From contig JAEOTP010000015.1 in NCBI GenBank assembly GCA_016839765.1, forward strand, positions 15,978-79,977: 64,000 nucleotides of DNA. The letters run 5' to 3'. The stretch is from Promethearchaeota archaeon (GTDB lineage Archaea > Asgardarchaeota > Lokiarchaeia > Sigyniarchaeales > SOKP01). The notes beneath the pieces were generated by a model. The model saw nothing but the letters and a program-made list of their open reading frames with translations, did no database searches and was not told the origin of the DNA. Shown here one piece after another: positions 29,145-36,978 of this stretch. Both the position numbers and the translations under genes were made by a program. Each line of letters begins with the position of its first letter. The first letter of the stretch is position 1.

Positions 29145-30908
29145 ATGTACCATTTAGATGGAACAGACGTTTTAGAGGCAAAATATTACAGAAAGACTTT
29201 TAGTATATGCCCAGAATGCATGGAAAGAATTCCAGCTGAAGTTTACGAAGATGATAATGAAGAGATCTGGATGAAAAAAAATTGTCTGGAACATGGCGAT
29301 TTTAAAGACAAAATAAGCTCTTCCGCAAAATATTACAAATGGACTCACCATGCCATGAAAGATAAAGACGGAAACATCGTATGGCAATTCGATAAGGATG
29401 GAGAAGCTAATCCTGCTGATTGTGCACCAGAAGATCCACGAGGTTGTCCTTATAACTGTGGACTCTGTCCAGAACATAAATCTACATGCGCATTGGCTTT
29501 AATCGATTTAACTAATCGCTGTAATTTTAACTGTAATTTCTGTTATGCTAATGTGGAAAAAGCTGGTTATTTAATTGAACCGACATTAGAAGAAATCGGA
29601 CGAATTATGGACCATTTTAGAAATAAACCACTTCCTGCCGTTGCCATCATGTTCACCGGAGGAGAACCAACCGTAAGAAAAGACTTCCCTGAAATCTGCA
29701 AGATGGCAAAGGACAAAGGATTTAAAGAGGTCATTGTAGCCACAAACGGATATGGATTCCAACGTAAGAAAGGCGGACTAGAATTTACTAAAAAATGTTG
29801 GGAAATGGGTTTAGATACCTTGTATTTCCAATTTGATGGAATTAATGATATTACCTATGAAAAAACTCGTGGAATTAAAAATCTTATGGCATATAAGCAA
29901 AGAGTCATAGATAACTGTCGAAAGGCAGGTCTTAGTTCCGTTGTTTTAGTCGCAACGATTGCCAAGGGTGTTACTGACATTGAGATTGGAAATATAATAC
30001 AATATTCGATTGATAACATTGACATTGTGCGAGGTATTACTTTCCAACCGGTTTCGCTATGTGGACGGATTACAGCAGAAGAGATGGATGATCTTCGAAT
30101 AACAAATGCAGATGTTTTAAAAGCAATTGAGGAACAAACTGGTGGAAAGATCAGCATGGAAAATGCATGGTATCCGCTGACAACTATAGTGGAGTTCGGC
30201 AGACTCATCGCATATTTAGCTGAAGTTGAGCCTATTGAATTTACTTGCCACCCTGATTGCGGATTTGCTACTTACATGGCGATAGATCCCGATACACATG
30301 AAATGGTTCCAATTATGGACTATTTCGATCCGTTGAAAGTTATTGATTTTGCTAATAAATTCTGGGAAAAAATCAAACATAAAGAAAAACAGGAGATTAA
30401 ATTCTTTGAAAATTTTATGGGTGATTTTGGAAAAACACTTGATAAAGGCTTGAATTTTCTTGATAAAACTCAGCTTCGCGCCAGATTTCTTTTAGGAATA
30501 TTACAATACATGAAAAAACCAGGAAAACTTATGGAGATGTTTGGTAGATTAATAATGAATGGGGATTGGGAGAGTATTAGCTCATTCAGCCATGGAACGC
30601 TCTTACTTTCAAGTATGCACTTCCAAGATGCATATAATATGGATCTCGAAAGGACAAAAAGATGTATTGTACATTTTGGAGTAGCTATGCCAGATGGAAC
30701 TGTAAACGAGATTTCATTTTGTACTATGAATACACTGCATCGTCCCAATATAGAGAAACAAGTCGCTAAAAAAATTACACAAAAAGTTAGAGACGAATTT
30801 GATACTGCAGTTGGTCAAGCCAGAAAGGACATTGAACAGGAAGTAGAGCTAGAAGTTGCTCAAAATGGTGGTATTGATAGAAATGAACTAGAAGAGGAGG
30901 AGGAATAA
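29145..30908 (+). CDS. Radical SAM enzyme of the COG1964 type, resembling tetraether lipid synthase (Tes / GDGT-MAS, MJ0619-like)
   Basis: CxxxCxxC 'CNFNCNFCYAN', 'MFTGGEPT', and the N-terminal zinc-ribbon-like 'CPECMERIPAEVY...WMKKNCLEHGDF' that I recall from MJ0619-type proteins. Radical SAM is certain. The Tes assignment is from memory. Confidence 0.6.
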   Translation: MYHLDGTDVLEAKYYRKTFSICPECMERIPAEVYEDDNEEIWMKKNCLEHGDFKDKISSSAKYYKWTHHAMKDKDGNIVWQFDKDGEANPADCAPEDPRGCPYNCGLCPEHKSTCALALIDLTNRCNFNCNFCYANVEKAGYLIEPTLEEIGRIMDHFRNKPLPAVAIMFTGGEPTVRKDFPEICKMAKDKGFKEVIVATNGYGFQRKKGGLEFTKKCWEMGLDTLYFQFDGINDITYEKTRGIKNLMAYKQRVIDNCRKAGLSSVVLVATIAKGVTDIEIGNIIQYSIDNIDIVRGITFQPVSLCGRITAEEMDDLRITNADVLKAIEEQTGGKISMENAWYPLTTIVEFGRLIAYLAEVEPIEFTCHPDCGFATYMAIDPDTHEMVPIMDYFDPLKVIDFANKFWEKIKHKEKQEIKFFENFMGDFGKTLDKGLNFLDKTQLRARFLLGILQYMKKPGKLMEMFGRLIMNGDWESISSFSHGTLLLSSMHFQDAYNMDLERTKRCIVHFGVAMPDGTVNEISFCTMNTLHRPNIEKQVAKKITQKVRDEFDTAVGQARKDIEQEVELEVAQNGGIDRNELEEEEE

Positions 30909-31196
30909 ATGCCGGAAGAAATAATAGAAACAAAAGATGGGCTTAAACTTCGTAAACTGGCTGAATTGAAAACTTCAGCGGAAAAAGATTACGAAGATGC
31001 AATGCTTAGTCGAGTAGAATACTTCAAGAAGAAAAATGAAGAAAAAAGCGGGTTTAATAGTACTTTGCAGAACACTTTCTTTAAAGCTTTCAGTACTGCT
31101 TTAGATCTTAAGGTAAACATAGATAAGGCCTTAGGAGAGGAAAATTTGAAGAAGATTCGTGATGTAATAGACAATATCCTCTTATTTGGCTTATAA
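30909..31196 (+). CDS. 95-aa helical protein, translationally abutting the radical SAM gene
   Basis: The ATG directly follows the upstream TAA ('gaggaggaggaaTAAATG', so the SD lies within the upstream gene). No recognisable motif. Confidence 0.5.
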   Translation: MPEEIIETKDGLKLRKLAELKTSAEKDYEDAMLSRVEYFKKKNEEKSGFNSTLQNTFFKAFSTALDLKVNIDKALGEENLKKIRDVIDNILLFGL

Positions 31197-31354
31197 ATTA
31201 TTTTTTGAAACTTTTTTTATTTTATTTTGATTTTTCTTTTAAACCATAATAGGAATATTTTTAATTTTATAGGATTGTTAAATTATTAAAAAAGGGGATA
31301 AACTTTCCACTTTATTTATAATTTTTAAACTAACCTATTAATGATTATAATAAT

Positions 31355-31849
31355 ATGTCTATGAATGTAATACTATATGGAGATTTGAAACATAAGGAGC
31401 AGCAAAAGACCAATAAAGACAGCAGTCCTTTAAAAATTAATATTTCAAATAGAGAAATAAATACTGTATATGATCTTTTAGATAATCTTAACATAGGAGA
31501 GAATAAAATAAGTCATATCTTCGTTAATCATAATTATTGTGGTCCTGGAAAAGAAATTAAAGAAGGAGATAGAGTTGCCTTATTTCCAAAAAGAATGGCT
31601 TTAATGTTTGTAGAAATTCCTCAATCAAATTCAATTGAGGTTAGAGTTAAGCTTTCTGCTGATTTAAGAAAATATGGACCAGAGGAGTCTATAATAGCCA
31701 TACCAGAAGGTAGCAATCTACTAAAAATATTTAAAAAATACAATATCACTAAAGAAGAAAGAAATTTAACAACATTGATAAATGGAATTGCTTGTCATGA
31801 CAAACAATATATTTTAAGAAGTGGAGATGTTGTTGCATTTAAAATATAA
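31355..31849 (+). CDS. Tandem MoaD/ThiS-like beta-grasp (ubiquitin-fold) protein without a C-terminal Gly-Gly
   Basis: The two halves each resemble MoaD/ThiS: 'VILYGDLKHK...IKEGDRVALFP' and 'VRVKLSADLRKYG...LRSGDVVAFKI'. The protein ends at the position where PPxxGG would follow. Confidence 0.5.
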   Translation: MSMNVILYGDLKHKEQQKTNKDSSPLKINISNREINTVYDLLDNLNIGENKISHIFVNHNYCGPGKEIKEGDRVALFPKRMALMFVEIPQSNSIEVRVKLSADLRKYGPEESIIAIPEGSNLLKIFKKYNITKEERNLTTLINGIACHDKQYILRSGDVVAFKI

Positions 31850-31937
31850 TTCTTCTTTTGAGATTTTTTAGTATTTATCAAATTATAATTCAATTTTCCA
31901 AAGTTATTTTTGAGATAGTAATTTAAATTAGATTAAG

Positions 31938-33020
31938 ATGATTTTTAACTTCTTTACCTTATCTATTACACTTTTATTTATTGTAAATGCGTTCGCTCAA
32001 TTATATTATGCAATCAAGTTAAGAAAGAATTTTTCGGAAAAACATAATATAATTAATTCAGTACTAGTATTTTTGCTTTGGATTCTTGCGGGAATATTAT
32101 ATCCTTTTTTTTATATAAGAGATGATGTGTATACCAGATGGTTTCAATCATTATCAATGCAAATAATATGTATATACGCTCCGCTTCTTATTCTTTTTAT
32201 ATTATTTTATCAACGTCGCTTCGTTATTAAGAATAACAAGGAACTAATACATGAAAGGTCAATTGAAAATTTTTTAGAAAAAATGGATTCTGTTTATAAA
32301 GGTAAATCTGAAAATAAGAATTATCCGTTAATCACCGATTTACATAGAAAAGCGTTTCATTTGATACCAGTCGTGGTAATTATTTTTTTGTGGTTATTTG
32401 CTGTTAAAATATGGGATGGAATATGGGACGCAGATCTTTTTTGGGGCATAACTGGAGAGGAATACGCTATTTTTTTGATTGTAACTGTCGGATATACAGG
32501 TATACTGATATTTGCAGCATTAGATTACGTCCGTTTATCCTACATATTTGAAAGTAGGAATATTTATCATCTAATGCCAAGTTCTATTTCAAATATCTTA
32601 GCAAAAACGTTAAAACCTAATGAAATATATGAATTTACTAAACCTGTCGCTTTAGTTTTGTCTTTTGTTCCTATTTTTTTCCTTCCTATAAGTATTTTTT
32701 CAGCAACAGCATTAATCTCTACTTTAGGTGATGGCGCAGCTTCTATTTTTGGGATACGATTTGGAAAAAAAACCTTTCCTAAAGGAAGTAAAAAAACTAT
32801 AATCGGATATCTGGCTGGCTTTTTATCATCTCTAGGTTGCTCTATCATTGTGTTTTTAATTTTTGAGCCATTTATGCCTATAATTAAATTGAGCATTATT
32901 TCACTTAGTGGAGCTTTAACATTTTTGACTATAGATTTGTTAAATTTAAAAATAGATGATAATATTACCAATCCAATATTTTGTGGATTAATAATGTTCC
33001 TAGTTTTTCTTTATATTTAG
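31938..33020 (+). CDS. Polyprenol (dolichol/phytol) kinase family membrane protein
   Basis: About 9 TM segments. 'STLGDGAASIFGIRFGKKTFPKGSKKTIIGYLAGFLSS' matches the GDG.A...G...GK......KS.eGs motif of the DolK/VTE5 CTP-dependent kinases. Confidence 0.65.
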   Translation: MIFNFFTLSITLLFIVNAFAQLYYAIKLRKNFSEKHNIINSVLVFLLWILAGILYPFFYIRDDVYTRWFQSLSMQIICIYAPLLILFILFYQRRFVIKNNKELIHERSIENFLEKMDSVYKGKSENKNYPLITDLHRKAFHLIPVVVIIFLWLFAVKIWDGIWDADLFWGITGEEYAIFLIVTVGYTGILIFAALDYVRLSYIFESRNIYHLMPSSISNILAKTLKPNEIYEFTKPVALVLSFVPIFFLPISIFSATALISTLGDGAASIFGIRFGKKTFPKGSKKTIIGYLAGFLSSLGCSIIVFLIFEPFMPIIKLSIISLSGALTFLTIDLLNLKIDDNITNPIFCGLIMFLVFLYI

Positions 33021-33044
33021 AAATGACAGTTAGAATTTAATAGG

Positions 33045-36005
33045 CTAAAAAAAAGCATCTAACTTCTTAGTTTCAATCTCTTTTTTTGATCTTTTTTGAT
33101 ACCCTTTATATATAATCTCTTCAAATTCAATATTCAAAGCGTCCAATACCTGTTCTAGTGCTGATTGTAAAAGATCTCTATATTTTGACACATCTAAATC
33201 CTGAAATTTTGCTAATTCCAGAACCTTCGCTCCAGTCTTGTCATTGCTTTTAATAAAACTTATTGTTTCCCCCTTTTGATACTTTTTTCCAGTGGCTTTA
33301 TGATGTTCTTTAGCTGCTCTTACATGTTGAGGAATTACCTTATCATATCTACTAATATCTTTCTGTATACTAATATTAATAGTGTAATCTTCTAAGTTAA
33401 ATGCATCAGGTTTACCTATTTTATTTCTATTATCCTTTATAATTTCAATTATTCTCTTTCTTGCTTTCTTAAATTCCTGATCATTAGTTACATTTTTTAA
33501 GATATCCAATATCTCATTGAAAACCTTTTTGATAAAATCCGGAGTATTTTTCTTTTTAGCCACTAATCCTTTTATATCAATATATTTCGTATCCTTATAT
33601 ATACCTACATAATTTTTTTTTCTCTGAGAAAGTGCTAAGAATTGGTATGTTTTTTCCTCTTCTAAATCTAAATCTAACTCTTTTTTGCTCCATTCAGATA
33701 TTTCTTTCATTTGTTGTTTCGTTGGGTTCGCTAAAAACACCGAGTCTGTATCGCCATATAATACTTCTACTCCTAATTCCTCTGCTTTTTTAATAGTCTG
33801 TTTGATTGAATATTGACCTATCCCAGTAGTACTTTCAGCAACTGGTAAGCAAAACAATGGAAAGTTTTGACTACCAAAAACTCCATAGGACCCATTTATA
33901 AATACTTTAAGAGCTTGTTGAATTGTTTGATAATAGCTCCTCTGTTTGGGAGAAGTATTTTTATCGCTTGATTTAGGTTTGAAAAATTTCACTCTAATGT
34001 CTCGGAAAAATCCTACAACATACGCAAATATTCCCATCTTATGTGTACATATATGATAAGGTGTTCCTTTCACAAAATTATTTTTATCATCTTCATGAGG
34101 ACAGAGTACAGTTTCATAAGAAAGATTAGATTCTTTAATAATAGAAGGATATAGGCTGGCAAAATCCATAACAACAACATTATAATGAATTCCGGGTACA
34201 GGTGGAACAACATAAGCTCCAAGAAATTTTTCATCATCAAATTTAGACATTAAGGCTCCACCTTTTTTTAATTCTGAGATCTCTGATCGCCTTGGAATGA
34301 GATATTCCTTTCTGCGGTGTTCAAAATAGAAGATACTCTGGATCCAAGTTGAAATTTGACGTCTAACCATTTCATGAATTGGCAATTTAGTTATCCTACA
34401 CAATAAAATGATTAAATTCCACACTAATGAATTATTGAACTGTGTCAATTCCAATGTTAAAATGGAATCTTTTAGATTGTACCACGTGAGAATATCATAT
34501 TCCATTTCATAAATTTCTTCTTCATGCTCGTATTTTTTTCTACCTAATAATGCTGCACTTATCGCATTTAGCGAAGCACTTTCATATGCTCCACCAAATG
34601 CATAACCAGAAATACTTCTATTAAAGAAAAAGTTAAATAAATCAATATGGACTCCCTTTCTGAGATCGCAATCTGATTTTGAAAGTAATCCATATCCTCT
34701 TTTTACATGTATAGGATTTAAATCTCTATCAATTTTTAATTTGTCTGCTCGATGAGACATATAATTCAGATCAAAATTATCTCCATTAAAGGTAATTATT
34801 ATCGGATATTCCCATAAAATCCTGAAAGTCTCCTCTAATAACTCCTTTTCATCTTTAAAATAGAAAAGTTGAGCATCAGAAGGAAAATCTTTATGAACTT
34901 TCCGATATGAGAAGCCCTCCCTTTCTAAAACATAAACAAACTTGAGTCCATCATTTGAAACAAATGAAACGCTAATTATCTCTTGTTTTGCGAGTTGAGG
35001 ATCAGGTATAATAAAATCTTCTGGTCCTAAATTAACTTCAATGTCCATTGCTAAACGCTTCACATCGGGTATTGGTGTAAGGAAAATATTCAAAAATTTC
35101 TCAGAAAATTCTTGTATCTCTGGAGATTCATCTTTAAAAACATTTCTAAGTTCGCTAGCCATTGTTTTTGATTCTTCTGAATCTTCTTCAAAACTTATTT
35201 TCTCAATTTTTCCATTCTTAATTTTATAAATTAGTCCAGGAATTAATTGTATATCGTATATATAATTCAAGTGGTATCTAATATCTGCCTCCCAGGCTTT
35301 AATATCATTTTTACCTAAAATATTTTTTATATTTAAACCTGAACCACCAATATTTGTAGGAGTTTTACCATAGATTTTTGAAATCTCGATTTCTTTATCA
35401 CTGATCAAATCATAACGCTTTATTTCCTCAAATCGCTTAAATCCGTCGTACTCCGTTATTTTCTTTTGTATTACATGCTCATTAATTCTTTCTTCATAGT
35501 ATAAATTTTTTAATTCCGATATTGGCTCCTTACTTAAACAGTATGGTTCATGGCCAGTTGTATCAATCCAGATCCTTATTTCATCTGAATCTAGATCATA
35601 AAATTTACAATAAGCTTTATTTTGCCCACCATCATAATCAACGTCGAGCAATAATCCTCTTTCTAGATTTTGAATAAGTTCTCCTTTTTTATTCAGATAG
35701 CGTATATATTTTGAGGAAACTGATTCACGAAATATTTTTTCCACCTTTATATTACCCTTTTTCAATCCAAAGGGTTCGGGATTTCCTTTAAAGAATAATT
35801 TCTGAGGAATTGATTTTAATTGAGACTCTTGTATTAAAATCTCTTTTTCTTCTTCAATATCATCTTTTTCAATTATTTTTTCTTCTAATGAGTCTTGTTC
35901 ATAAGTTCCTTTTTCTACCTTCGGTTTATCATCAACAAATGAAATAAGAGACTTTTGCTTTTGATCTGGGGTTTTTTCCTTATCAGATTTTTTGGAGCTT
36001 GGCAA
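33045..36005 (-). CDS. polB: Family B DNA polymerase (canonical catalytic motifs) with a Lys/Glu-rich N-terminal extension
   Basis: Exo I 'LAMDIEV', motif A 'DFASLYPSII', motif B 'KVFINGSYGVFG', motif C 'LYGDTDSVFL'. C-terminal 'KKLDAFF' is PIP-box-like. TTG start (no ATG within the first ~280 codons). Confidence 0.92.
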   Translation of the reverse strand: MPSSKKSDKEKTPDQKQKSLISFVDDKPKVEKGTYEQDSLEEKIIEKDDIEEEKEILIQESQLKSIPQKLFFKGNPEPFGLKKGNIKVEKIFRESVSSKYIRYLNKKGELIQNLERGLLLDVDYDGGQNKAYCKFYDLDSDEIRIWIDTTGHEPYCLSKEPISELKNLYYEERINEHVIQKKITEYDGFKRFEEIKRYDLISDKEIEISKIYGKTPTNIGGSGLNIKNILGKNDIKAWEADIRYHLNYIYDIQLIPGLIYKIKNGKIEKISFEEDSEESKTMASELRNVFKDESPEIQEFSEKFLNIFLTPIPDVKRLAMDIEVNLGPEDFIIPDPQLAKQEIISVSFVSNDGLKFVYVLEREGFSYRKVHKDFPSDAQLFYFKDEKELLEETFRILWEYPIIITFNGDNFDLNYMSHRADKLKIDRDLNPIHVKRGYGLLSKSDCDLRKGVHIDLFNFFFNRSISGYAFGGAYESASLNAISAALLGRKKYEHEEEIYEMEYDILTWYNLKDSILTLELTQFNNSLVWNLIILLCRITKLPIHEMVRRQISTWIQSIFYFEHRRKEYLIPRRSEISELKKGGALMSKFDDEKFLGAYVVPPVPGIHYNVVVMDFASLYPSIIKESNLSYETVLCPHEDDKNNFVKGTPYHICTHKMGIFAYVVGFFRDIRVKFFKPKSSDKNTSPKQRSYYQTIQQALKVFINGSYGVFGSQNFPLFCLPVAESTTGIGQYSIKQTIKKAEELGVEVLYGDTDSVFLANPTKQQMKEISEWSKKELDLDLEEEKTYQFLALSQRKKNYVGIYKDTKYIDIKGLVAKKKNTPDFIKKVFNEILDILKNVTNDQEFKKARKRIIEIIKDNRNKIGKPDAFNLEDYTINISIQKDISRYDKVIPQHVRAAKEHHKATGKKYQKGETISFIKSNDKTGAKVLELAKFQDLDVSKYRDLLQSALEQVLDALNIEFEEIIYKGYQKRSKKEIETKKLDAFF

Positions 36006-36220
36006 AATAATTACCTTTTAAAAATTAAATTTAACTTTCTAATTAATAATATTATAATATTCATTATAATCTCAACTATTTTTAATTTAATAACCATATA
36101 TAAGGATAGGGACTAATAAAAACCATTAATAAAGTGAATAACATTCAAAGAAATTCTAATTAATAATAATAATGTAACTAATTTATTGAAAAATAAGAAG
36201 CATTATTTTATCTTTGAAAT

Positions 36221-36568
36221 TTATTGACTCGTTCTATTTTCTTTAATAATCTTCTTTATCTCTTCTAAAAGGAGTTGTTTTTCAGCAATAAACCAATGTA
36301 ATTTTGATTTTTCAGGGTGTTCTTGATGAATTGTTTCAGCAAGCTTTCTAATTTCTTCCTCAAGGGGTTTAATAACTTCTCCATTCACATCATCCCTAAT
36401 TAACAACACCAAATTATCAGTTTCGAGGGGTTTAATATCATATCCATTCTTTACATTTTTATTTATTGTAACACATAATTCGGCAAGAAACCAAACGCTT
36501 TTTTCATAACCTTCATGTGATTTATATCTTTGAAACGCCAATACTTCTACATCTTCTTTTGTGAACAA
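36221..36568 (-). CDS. Hypothetical 115-aa protein
   Basis: ORF with a TTG start. No motif recognised. Confidence 0.4.
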   Translation of the reverse strand: MFTKEDVEVLAFQRYKSHEGYEKSVWFLAELCVTINKNVKNGYDIKPLETDNLVLLIRDDVNGEVIKPLEEEIRKLAETIHQEHPEKSKLHWFIAEKQLLLEEIKKIIKENRTSQ

Positions 36569-36770
36569 TTTTTTTTAAACAACTCCTTCATTAAATAATT
36601 TAAACGTTAATCTTATTATCAAAAAAGAAAGTTTTACATTTAATTATTTGTATTGAGATTTATAAGCTGTTAAAACCACAAAATTAAAAATTCATTGTAT
36701 TTTAATAGTATTATTAGAGTATAATTATTTTCAAATTAAGCCTCCGTGGCTTAGTGGTAGAGCAGCAGAC

Positions 36771-36799
36771 TGTGAATGATTAAAGCTTTCTCTCTGCAC
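36771..36799 (+). other. tRNA intron 1 (29 nt) at non-canonical position 32/33
   Basis: A 4-bp helix, GCAG (36765-68) with CUGC (36794-97), is flanked by two identical 3-nt bulges, ACU (36769-71 and 36798-800). The outer helix (3 bp) and inner helix are weak, so this is a relaxed BHB. Confidence 0.6.
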
Positions 36800-36826
36800 T
36801 TGTAATCTGCCGGTCGTGGGTTCAAG

Positions 36827-36856
36827 TATTCAGAGCGTTTGGTTCTGAGTTGAAAT
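36827..36856 (+). other. tRNA intron 2 (30 nt) in the T-loop at position 59/60
   Basis: Textbook hBHBh': T stem, then a 4-bp helix UUCA (36821-24) with UGAA (36851-54), with 3-nt bulges AGU and AUU, then an 8-bp intron helix 36828-35 / 36843-50. Confidence 0.8.
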
Positions 36857-36978
36857 TCCCACCGGGGGCTTTCTTAATTTACTACTCCTTCTAACCAAAT
36901 ATTTTAAAGAAAGCCTTAAATCAAGTAATATTATAAATCTTTAAGTTAATATTTAGATCAAACCTTTAAATCTCGAAA

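Larger units (their letters stand above)
36740..36870 (+). tRNA. tRNA-Thr(UGU) with two introns (exons 36740-36770, 36800-36826, 36857-36870)
   Basis: Acceptor GCCUCCG/CGGGGGC, U8, D arm GCUU-AGUGGUA-GAGC, anticodon stem GCAGA/UCUGC, variable loop CGGUC, T stem GUGGG/CCCAC, discriminator U. The mature form is 72 nt with no encoded CCA. See the finding for intron placement and why the apparent GUG (His) anticodon is rejected. Confidence 0.8.

Noticed and set aside
29172-30748. Minus-strand ORFs 29172..29477, 29855..30208 and 30470..30748, plus 30989..31174
   Set aside because: They are antisense to the radical SAM gene and its coupled downstream ORF.
32567-32971. 134-aa minus-strand ORF
   Set aside because: It is antisense to the polyprenol kinase-like membrane protein.
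36770-36776. Apparent anticodon loop CUGUGAA, which would make the tRNA a tRNA-His(GUG) with a canonical 37/38 intron
   Set aside because: The BHB helix required for a 37/38 cut pairs at only 2 of 4 positions. There is no G at -1. The discriminator is U and the acceptor stem looks Thr-like. A perfect 4-bp helix with symmetric ACU bulges supports splicing at 32/33, giving UGU.
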